Below are positions 34,387 to 41,232 of a DNA stretch of 41,232 nt, one piece after another; the first letter of the stretch is position 1, and each line of letters opens with the position of its first letter. The notes beneath the pieces are model-generated. The model worked only from the letters and a program-made list of their open reading frames with translations, was not told the origin of the DNA and did not search any database. This DNA comes from a virus (taxonomy: Duplodnaviria > Caudoviricetes). A program made the translations under genes and the position numbers. The stretch lies in IMG/VR virus record IMGVR_UViG_3300044698_000136, positions 1 through 41,232 of that record. One strand, given 5' to 3'.

Positions 34387-35108
34387 GAGAACTCCAGGAC
34401 GCCTTGCGCGAGACGTTGGACGGCTATCTCGCAGTAACGCTCCTCGATTTCGATACCGATGGCTTTACGCCCCAAGTCCTTTGCTGCGCGGAGGGTCGTG
34501 CCGCTCCCCATGAAGGGATCTAGGACGGTGTCGCCTGGCACCGCTGACATGATCTGATTCAGAAGACCGATCGGTTTCTCAGTTGGGTGAATACGTCGAT
34601 CTGGCGAAACACCCTGTTGAGTAAGAACTGAGCCGCGTCCTCGATCGAGCATCTCAGCGGGTTGCCCAGCGGAAGCAAAGATGATGTTCTCGTGCTGATT
34701 ACGCCAATACGACCCCATTCCGAAGTGCGTTTTAGCCCATACCAATGTGTGGTTGACGCGGTATCCGTGAGCTTCCAACATCCCGTAAAGAGTGGGGGTC
34801 ATGCGCCAGTCGGTGAACCAGTACATGTGAGCGTGTTCAGCGATGACCCGACGTAGGGGAGATAAAAGACTGCGCGCGAACCAGTTGAATCCCCAAGTGG
34901 TCATGGCATCATGTGAAAACCAGTCCTCGTCTTCCATCGAGCGCAGCATTGAGCCACGCACTTGCTTATCGGCGTCTCGACGCGCGCCAGAGGCGTAAGG
35001 TGGATCAGTTAGGAGAAGTTCTACGGACTGGTCTGGAATATCCGCGATGACGTCACGGCAGTCCCCGTGGTAGATGGTTATCCCGTCCTCGTCGTAGTAC
35101 GGTTTCAC
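34383..35108 (-). CDS. N6-A/N4-C DNA methyltransferase, beta class
   Basis: GDC, TDPPY, HPTEKP, LDPFMGSGTT, GIEIEERY. Confidence 0.93.
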   Translation of the reverse strand: MKPYYDEDGITIYHGDCRDVIADIPDQSVELLLTDPPYASGARRDADKQVRGSMLRSMEDEDWFSHDAMTTWGFNWFARSLLSPLRRVIAEHAHMYWFTDWRMTPTLYGMLEAHGYRVNHTLVWAKTHFGMGSYWRNQHENIIFASAGQPAEMLDRGRGSVLTQQGVSPDRRIHPTEKPIGLLNQIMSAVPGDTVLDPFMGSGTTLRAAKDLGRKAIGIEIEERYCEIAVQRLAQGVLEFS

Positions 35109-37096
35109 GATGTCGCCTCCATTTCGTCGAGGGTCCGGTGAATCTCATCGCCGCTCACGGTTCCGTGTTCGACCAGCAGCCGGGCGACAGCCTCAACCTG
35201 CTCCTTACGAGGCGCCAGAAGCTCCCAGGTCTTGCCCCACGCATCAGCAAGGACAGATTCGCGCAGCTTGTGAAGTTCCTCCGGGTCACGTTCCGACCGG
35301 AACGACGACAACTGTCCCGACACCTTCCCCGAACCGTCCACAGTGAACGTGTGACCGTTATAAATAATCTGTTCGGCCACCCGAGTAGCGTTGGGTCCGT
35401 CGCCGCCGTGACCGTTCGAAGCCTCACCAACAATCAGAAGTTCAGCCACACGAGAAGCCTGAGACACGCAGATGTTCGCCATCATCTCCCCATGCCGCTC
35501 CTGCCAATCATCCGAATGCGGGGAAGGGGCGACCATGCCCCCGGTGGTTCCGCGTTTCTCGATCGACGCGAACCAAATGTCCATGCGGTCACGTCTCAGG
35601 TAGTGGGAGGCGACAGCATGCCCGGCCTCATGGACGGCCGTATTCCACCGGATATCCTCAGCTTCGGCCAGACCGTCGGATTCGCCGAACCGAACGGCGA
35701 TCATCGACGCCATCAGATCAGCCCGTTCAACAACCCCACTCCCACCACGGCGCATGTTCCGCAGGAGGGCTTCGTTGACAATATCCCGGATCTCAGCACC
35801 AGTCCCCTTGTAGTGGTTGCGGGCAGCCCACTCCACGTCCTCATCGGTGAGGGAGTGGTTCACCTTCCCCAAATACCCTTGGTAGGTGCGGAGTTTCCCG
35901 TCGAACTTCGGACGGCCAACGTAGACTTCCCGACCGAACCGGCCAGCTCTTTTGAGTGCGGGGTCGATGGCTTTCGGACGGTTCGTAGCGCCGATCATCA
36001 TGTACCTGTAATCCGGGGGGGGAAGAGGTTTGAACCCGAGCAGCGACAGGATCTTGTTGAGCAGGCCCCTAGGTTCGGCCATCCCGTCCATACCTGAGAG
36101 GAAGCTTTCGAGGGTGCCCATCTGCCCGCCGCCCGTCACAATGATCGGGTTGGGTTCGACAGGTTCAGGGAGGGCGCAGCAATGGTCAATACGGTCGGTT
36201 TCCTGTTCGACTTCGCCGCCACGGTGCCCGAGGGAGTCGATTTCGTCTATGAAAACGATGACACCCTGATACCGCATCGCCAGTTTCCGGATCGACCGGA
36301 ACAGGACATGCACCTTCAGGATGTTGATCCCGACAAAAGTTGCCTGGAAAGCACCAGGAGGAACCAGGATCAGCGGTTTAGTCGAAGCGTTCGCGACGGC
36401 TTTCGCCAACAGGGTTTTCCCGGTACCCGGTGGACCATGCAACAAGACACCCTTCGGCAAGTAGCCACCCGACCTGGTGAGAGCCTTATCGTTTTCGAGG
36501 AGGTCGACCTGCTCCATCATCTTCGCTTTCGCTTCGTCCTGACCCCACACATCATCGAACGATTCGGTGATCGTTCCCGGATAAACGAATTTGACGAAAC
36601 CGACTTTGACCATGGCGTAGAACATGGCGGCCATCTGAAACAGGGAGAGGGCGATGACGAGGGCGAGTTGGAGCATCATCGGGATCTGCTCCACAACCAT
36701 TTTCGGCGCCAACATCACACACTGGACCGCCGAGTTGCAACGGTCGGTGAACTGGTTTATCAACAACCCAGCCGCGTACACCCCTCCGAGAATGGTGAAG
36801 GTCCGTCTGATGCGGAACCGGGCGTTGCTTGAGAACCGGGATTGGAATTCTGCGAACCTTGACCGCCAATCCGACTGTCGTAACACGGCGGCTTTGGAAA
36901 CTTCCATCCGCCACGTCCACCACTGGCGGACGATCTCCACGACCAAAAGGGCGTACATGAGTTTCGCCATGGTGGTGGTCGAGTAGGGGCGGGGGTCAGT
37001 GGATTCGGCTAACGCGATATACCCGATGATGAACGCCGAGAGGCGTACCCGTTCGAAGGTGATCAGTGGCGGCCGGAGGCGTATCTTCTTGCTCAT
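35105..37096 (-). CDS. FtsH-like membrane AAA+ zinc metalloprotease (AAA plus M41)
   Basis: N-terminal TMs; GPPGTGKT; FVG pore loop; FIDEIDS; ATNRP..IDPAL.R.GRF; HEAGH; RVAE; GGD. Confidence 0.92.
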   Translation of the reverse strand: MSKKIRLRPPLITFERVRLSAFIIGYIALAESTDPRPYSTTTMAKLMYALLVVEIVRQWWTWRMEVSKAAVLRQSDWRSRFAEFQSRFSSNARFRIRRTFTILGGVYAAGLLINQFTDRCNSAVQCVMLAPKMVVEQIPMMLQLALVIALSLFQMAAMFYAMVKVGFVKFVYPGTITESFDDVWGQDEAKAKMMEQVDLLENDKALTRSGGYLPKGVLLHGPPGTGKTLLAKAVANASTKPLILVPPGAFQATFVGINILKVHVLFRSIRKLAMRYQGVIVFIDEIDSLGHRGGEVEQETDRIDHCCALPEPVEPNPIIVTGGGQMGTLESFLSGMDGMAEPRGLLNKILSLLGFKPLPPPDYRYMMIGATNRPKAIDPALKRAGRFGREVYVGRPKFDGKLRTYQGYLGKVNHSLTDEDVEWAARNHYKGTGAEIRDIVNEALLRNMRRGGSGVVERADLMASMIAVRFGESDGLAEAEDIRWNTAVHEAGHAVASHYLRRDRMDIWFASIEKRGTTGGMVAPSPHSDDWQERHGEMMANICVSQASRVAELLIVGEASNGHGGDGPNATRVAEQIIYNGHTFTVDGSGKVSGQLSSFRSERDPEELHKLRESVLADAWGKTWELLAPRKEQVEAVARLLVEHGTVSGDEIHRTLDEMEATS

Positions 37097-37422
37097 CCGG
37101 AACCCTTCAAGACGACGGCGGGGACAACCTTGCAGGGCAGATGGTTGGGCGGGTTCTCCCAGTCAGCGCCGGTACCCTTGTAGGCGAACAGGATGAACCA
37201 GCAGACCTCCGGCCCCTCTTCGTCGTCGATAACAATGTCCCGGTGCTGCTGACACCAGTTCACGCTCGTGCCGTCTCGAAGTCCGAGAGCAGCCCACCTA
37301 CGAGCAGCGTCGAACATGACGGGCCGGGACTCAACGGCGCGCTGAGCGTTCCAGAGGTATGGCCGACCATGTAATTGCCACTCCTGCTCGAAGTAGTCCA
37401 ACGCTTCGGTGAGGTCGCTCAT
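37093..37422 (-). CDS. hypothetical protein, paralog of 27068..27364
   Basis: ATGA start at 37422; shared motifs. Confidence 0.7.
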   Translation of the reverse strand: MSDLTEALDYFEQEWQLHGRPYLWNAQRAVESRPVMFDAARRWAALGLRDGTSVNWCQQHRDIVIDDEEGPEVCWFILFAYKGTGADWENPPNHLPCKVVPAVVLKGSG

Positions 37423-37718
37423 ACGAACACTTGCCCTCCCCAAACCCCCTGAGGGGGAAACCCTGCCTCAGATAACGTCATGGCTCTCTCCAAACATTCA
37501 GCAGATACGGGGCACGCTTCGCAGTACGCGAACGCTTTAACAGTGGCTTTGAAGAACACGGCAGGGTCGGTGTCCGCACATTGCGCCGAACCCAACCAAT
37601 CCTCAACCAAAGGTGGGATCAACTGTTTGCGGGGGTCGACCAGTTGAAGTTCGGCACGGTGTGCAGAGGTCAGCTCCGTCACTTCCCCAAGGCGGATTAC
37701 CGACCCCTGCACACTCAC
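37419..37718 (-). CDS. whiB: WhiB-family Fe-S transcription factor
   Basis: W...AQC...DPAVFF...CEACPV..EC...A...GVWGG. Confidence 0.88.
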   Translation of the reverse strand: MSVQGSVIRLGEVTELTSAHRAELQLVDPRKQLIPPLVEDWLGSAQCADTDPAVFFKATVKAFAYCEACPVSAECLERAMTLSEAGFPPQGVWGGQVFV

Positions 37719-37966
37719 GCCAACCTCCACTCGGAACGGGAGTCGTGTGTGTCGCCGCCGACACTGCTCCCGTACTTGACGGCGACAGCCCGGTGGTGGG
37801 CGGCGAGCAACACGGTCCGCCGTTCGACAACCTCACCCAGCTTGTAGAGGGTGCGTTTCACGGAAGAGGGTTTCTTTCCGATGACAAGGGCGATACCGTC
37901 GACGGTCAACCAGCCGCCGTCCGTTTCGAGCACGTCAATAATCTGGAGGGACAGGTTCGGTTTCAT
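37715..37966 (-). CDS. winged-helix DNA-binding protein
   Basis: IIDVL..DGGWLT..GIA..IG....SVKRTL. Confidence 0.65.
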   Translation of the reverse strand: MKPNLSLQIIDVLETDGGWLTVDGIALVIGKKPSSVKRTLYKLGEVVERRTVLLAAHHRAVAVKYGSSVGGDTHDSRSEWRLA

Positions 37967-38196
37967 AAGCCACCGAACAGAGCCATGACCACGTTATCGA
38001 CATGAATCAGGCCACCCAAAGACCTAGCTCGGAGCAGTTCGGTGGCTTCCTCCCTGGACATGACCGCACCAGAGCCTCCAGGACAACACCATTCCATGAA
38101 ATCGCATTCGCACCCTTGGGGCCATAGCCCAACCGGGTAATGGTGCCCTCCGTACATGCCGTGGTCTTGGCAGGGCCTCTCTACGACCAACCTCAT
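37963..38196 (-). CDS. small Cys-rich protein
   Basis: RLVVERPC.DHG...CPGGS module; ATGA coupling. Confidence 0.65.
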   Translation of the reverse strand: MRLVVERPCQDHGMYGGHHYPVGLWPQGCECDFMEWCCPGGSGAVMSREEATELLRARSLGGLIHVDNVVMALFGGL

Positions 38197-38636
38197 TTCG
38201 CCCTCCATTCGATACGGGTTTCCATTTCACCGGGGCCTTTCCCGTAACGAGACGACAACCCCACCACACGCCGGCCAACCCGACCCGTACGCAACAACGC
38301 TTCAAGCACCACATCCAAATAGCCCTCCGTGTACCCGACGACCAGTTGGATTCCGGCGGTGGTCAACCATCCGCCGTCCAGTCCAAGAGCGTCCATGACC
38401 CGGACGGCCGCAGGGGTGTCGTCAAAGGTTTGGTGCTGCTTGTAGTGGGTCGAACAGAACCCCTTCGAATGGTGGTCACGGTTGCAATCGTCAACCAGGC
38501 ACCCCACCCACTTAACACCCTTCGGGCGTATCGGTTTGTCCATCGGTTTTCCCCGACGCGACCTCAGGTAGTGCGGGTTGCAGTACCCCTTCGCGCTGGC
38601 CCGACGGTTGCAGTGGTCAACGGCGCAGACTTTCAC
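38193..38636 (-). CDS. two Zn-binding repeats fused to a winged helix
   Basis: C.VD.CNR...KG.C..HY twice; C-terminus similar to 37715..37966. Confidence 0.7.
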   Translation of the reverse strand: MKVCAVDHCNRRASAKGYCNPHYLRSRRGKPMDKPIRPKGVKWVGCLVDDCNRDHHSKGFCSTHYKQHQTFDDTPAAVRVMDALGLDGGWLTTAGIQLVVGYTEGYLDVVLEALLRTGRVGRRVVGLSSRYGKGPGEMETRIEWRAK

Positions 38637-38989
38637 GGCCCCTCCCTTGGTCCGCGGGAGGCAAAACCCACCTCTTCTTTGTGTGCCGCTAGGAGCGATT
38701 GCATGGCGCTGATCTGCGTTCTCCTCGAACGGACAGACTCAAGAGCGGCCTTTGACATCCCCTCAGCCACATCACGCTTATACCGAAGGTCCGCGGTCTG
38801 GCCGTCCACCTGAGATTCACGGAACCCAGCCGTTCCCTCAGTGTTCGACACCCAAGCCTGAGCCCGAGCCTTACGGTAAGCCTGCTCCGATCGAGCCACG
38901 TCCTCGGCTGCTGACCGGAGGATTTCCAGTCCGGCGTCAAGAAGGCCCGACAGCCGGCGGACCTCGGCCTCAGCTTCGGCAAGGATCAT
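38633..38989 (-). CDS. coiled-coil protein next to the annealase, possible recombination mediator
   Basis: ATGA start at 38989; helical; function inferred from position only. Confidence 0.6.
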   Translation of the reverse strand: MILAEAEAEVRRLSGLLDAGLEILRSAAEDVARSEQAYRKARAQAWVSNTEGTAGFRESQVDGQTADLRYKRDVAEGMSKAALESVRSRRTQISAMQSLLAAHKEEVGFASRGPREGP

Positions 38990-39336
38990 TTCTTCAACCG
39001 TTCGTGAAGCCAAAACGACCCGTACAAATGCAACCCGATCCCAGCATGAGCACACGCACGCTTATACGCCTGAGACTCCGCTGAGTCAGCGTCGGAGTCG
39101 GTTCCTACCCCGTCGTACCATTCGTCCTCACCGAGCCACACACGGACAGCCACAGACCACACGTCACCCCCATAAACAAGGTGGGTCACTTCGTAACGGT
39201 GGGCGCCGTGGTGGAGCAGAAGACGCTGGGCGTACTGGTACCACGGAACGTAGTCCTCGTTACGTGGGGGGAGTTGTTTGATCACGTCCGCGGGGAACGG
39301 GGTCGTATCCCTTATCAGGTCGTCGCGGGTTCTCAA
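38986..39336 (-). CDS. Rad52/Sak-like ssDNA annealing protein
   Basis: PFP...YV.W....QRL...DGVG...SAESQAYKRAC...GIGLHLY. Confidence 0.8.
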   Translation of the reverse strand: MRTRDDLIRDTTPFPADVIKQLPPRNEDYVPWYQYAQRLLLHHGAHRYEVTHLVYGGDVWSVAVRVWLGEDEWYDGVGTDSDADSAESQAYKRACAHAGIGLHLYGSFWLHERLKK

Positions 39337-39866
39337 TCCCGTTTCTCCACTATCCGATCGGCTGAGTTCTGGATGAACTTGGGAGCCTTGTTCGCAGGCA
39401 TCTCCACCACCGACACTTCCCCCACGGTCACGTCAAGGAAGTGATCCGAGAACGCCGACCAGCCGACCTCGCCCGTCTCCCTGTCACACCAGTGGTCACC
39501 CAGTTCCCGGAGGCCCGTAATCCGCGCCTGGTTGGGGTTGAAAAGTCTTTGTGCGGCGTTCTCCGCTTTGACCCACTCCCAAAACTCGGCTTTGGTTTCG
39601 TCACGCAGCTTCCACTTGTTATCCGGTGCTGCCCGGTAGACACGCTCACCGAACCGGACAAAACCGCGGTTGCCGAGGTGGGGTTGGAACGCTTCGAGGG
39701 CTTTGGATTGGAGGAGCCGCACAGCCGCGGCGATCGGGGCGAGGCGTGCCCGCAGTTCGTCGAGCGCTGCAGGGTCGTTGTCGAGTTCGATAACAGGTGC
39801 CTCGTCGAATTCGAGGGCGTCAGCGGTTTCCCGGACCAGCTTCCACACAGCTTCAGTACCCGTCAT
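39333..39866 (-). CDS. hypothetical protein
   Basis: 177 aa, coupled at both ends. Confidence 0.7.
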   Translation of the reverse strand: MTGTEAVWKLVRETADALEFDEAPVIELDNDPAALDELRARLAPIAAAVRLLQSKALEAFQPHLGNRGFVRFGERVYRAAPDNKWKLRDETKAEFWEWVKAENAAQRLFNPNQARITGLRELGDHWCDRETGEVGWSAFSDHFLDVTVGEVSVVEMPANKAPKFIQNSADRIVEKRD

Positions 39867-40093
39867 GATTCCGGGTGCCTGGGGTCGGGTGGAGGGGCAG
39901 TTACTGTGGCAACTTTCCAGTCGCCAGACAAGAAGATGACCTTGCCCTCTAGGGGCGTCCCGTTGAAATGCTCCTTGAAGCCATCAGCATCCGCCGCTGA
40001 GATGAGCCTGTGGGTGTGAAACAGGACAAGCTCATTCGGTTGGAGTTCGATCCGGTTCACACGCTCGATGTCTGAGAAGTCGAATCCGCTCAT
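39863..40093 (-). CDS. hypothetical protein
   Basis: ATGA start at 40093, GGAGG SD. Confidence 0.6.
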   Translation of the reverse strand: MSGFDFSDIERVNRIELQPNELVLFHTHRLISAADADGFKEHFNGTPLEGKVIFLSGDWKVATVTAPPPDPRHPES

Positions 40094-40188
40094 GCCCATC
40101 CTCCGTCTGCCCAAGCACCAACCAGCCACATCGCAACAACGAAAACGAACAGGATGATCGCCGTCCGGTTCTCCCGCCACCAGCTCAA
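40090..40188 (-). CDS. 32-aa single-TM peptide
   Basis: MSWWRENRTAIILFVFVVAMWLVGAWADGGWA; TTGA and ATGA coupling; absent from the ORF track. Confidence 0.6.
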   Translation of the reverse strand: MSWWRENRTAIILFVFVVAMWLVGAWADGGWA

Positions 40189-40412
40189 TCGGTTCCCCCG
40201 ATCTTGATGTCCTCAAGGTTGTCGTGCCAGCGGGGGTTGCAGATCGGGCAGTAGGTTTCGGGGTTGCATACCTCGTCCACTCCGTGCCGCGTGCCGCATT
40301 CGCCGCAGGAACACGGCGGCGACCAGCCACGCAGCCGGGCGACAAACCACCACCACAAGCGGGGCCTCCACCGCACTTCCACAACCACCCGAACCGGTGC
40401 CATACGCGCCAT
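40185..40412 (-). CDS. small Cys-rich protein
   Basis: CSCGEC...YCPIC; GGAG SD. Confidence 0.6.
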   Translation of the reverse strand: MARMAPVRVVVEVRWRPRLWWWFVARLRGWSPPCSCGECGTRHGVDEVCNPETYCPICNPRWHDNLEDIKIGGTD

Positions 40413-40766
40413 TTACTCTCCCCCTAACGACAGCACAGACTCAGGGCAGCGCCACTCCACGATCTCCTTCGTGTGAGCGGGCGTGACCTTTTCGGGCACT
40501 TCCTCAGTCCCGACGACGACCCTCTCGCAGACCGACTCTGACGAGAAGTTGACCGCCAAAGCGATGGGGCCGAAGCGCCTGACCAGCGACAGAAAGTTGC
40601 CGTCGTGTTGTTTGTGGAACCCGCCCATGGCGCGGGCGATCGCCGATAGCTCCGCAGGGTCAGCGAAAGCGTCGAGCGTTCCCAAGTAGGGGAGCGGCAC
40701 ATCCGGGCGTGCTTCCAAATAGTCGGCCAGTTCGCGCAGGCCATCAATCGTTTTCGTTCTGCTCAT
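40413..40766 (-). CDS. hypothetical actinophage-type protein
   Basis: GLRELADYLEARPDVP...VCERVVVGTE...VEWRC. Confidence 0.75.
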   Translation of the reverse strand: MSRTKTIDGLRELADYLEARPDVPLPYLGTLDAFADPAELSAIARAMGGFHKQHDGNFLSLVRRFGPIALAVNFSSESVCERVVVGTEEVPEKVTPAHTKEIVEWRCPESVLSLGGE

Positions 40767-41077
40767 CAGTTCCTCTCCTTGCCACACCAATAACATTTCC
40801 CTCCGTACTGCCACCAATGAGCACACGAGGGTTCGTCGGCCGGGCGCTCAGCCTTTACCGGTGAGCCTTTGAACGCGTCACCACGTTCCCCAAGGAGAAA
40901 AGTTGTTCCCGAACGACGAAAAGCAGCCCGAGTCGGCATAGACACAGGCTTTGATTTGAGATCCCAGTAGAAAAGTTGGTGGCCGTCAGCGCATTTCGCT
41001 GTGAACCCGGCCAGGTTCTCCGAGACACTGTCGATGAACACGTCAGCACCGCAGCGGGGACAATGATCGGCCGTCAC
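40766..41077 (-). CDS. Cys-rich hypothetical protein
   Basis: CPRCG...CADGH...CAHWW...CYWCG. Confidence 0.65.
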   Translation of the reverse strand: MTADHCPRCGADVFIDSVSENLAGFTAKCADGHQLFYWDLKSKPVSMPTRAAFRRSGTTFLLGERGDAFKGSPVKAERPADEPSCAHWWQYGGKCYWCGKERN

Positions 41078-41105
41078 AGCACCGTCCGGAGTTTGTTTTG
41101 GATGG

Positions 41106-41232
41106 GTTCGATGGCCTGCTGGTGGTTGAGCGCCATGTTCTCAAGGTTCGAGTTGGGGAAAGCGCGGCGTTCCGCATCCAAATCAGCCCAACGACCGTCG
41201 AGGATTTGGAGGACGAGCCGGGCCTCCTGGTC
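41106..41232. repeat. 127-bp direct terminal repeat, copy 2
   Basis: Identical to 1..127. Confidence 0.95.

Noticed and set aside
35138-36097. 319-aa plus-strand ORF and similar long antisense ORFs
   Set aside because: Shadow frames of well-supported minus-strand genes
41106-41232. Terminal repeat as a biological DTR or attL/attR
   Set aside because: Exactly 127 bp and falls mid-ORF; best explained as assembler overlap
1-41232. Alternative genetic code or stop-codon reassignment
   Set aside because: Hallmark genes are full length in code 11 and TGA, TAA and TAG all end coupled genes; no suppressor tRNA

Overview
This is a complete circular-assembled genome (41,105 bp plus a 127-bp terminal duplication) of a GC-rich siphovirus with an HK97-type head. 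The host is probably in Actinomycetota, inferred from a WhiB gene, actinophage-type tail proteins and an actinobacterial-type dif half-site. Almost all genes are on the minus strand: an early/replication region (41 kb to 25.8 kb: Rad52-like annealase, WhiB, FtsH-like protease, three DNA methyltransferases, SPFH protein, replication initiator, NinG-like nuclease, many small Cys-rich genes), then packaging, head, tail and lysis genes (25.7 kb to 2.2 kb) with a ClpP, an exonuclease, a dNMP kinase and a tRNA-Ser(GCT). Two short plus-strand units exist: a repressor operon behind a divergent cro/cI-like switch, and a moron in the late region. I recognise no integrase or partition system. The leading hypothesis is a dif-like 11-6-11 site (1437-1464) inside the 3' end of the repressor gene, upstream of a degron-like tail. 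This suggests integration by host XerCD that also rewrites the repressor C-terminus. Other highlights are a phage-encoded FtsH plus SPFH pair, a Cys-rich gene with no canonical start, an extra-long tRNA variable arm, and shuffled micro-modules among the small genes. All calls come from reading motifs by eye; no database searches were run.
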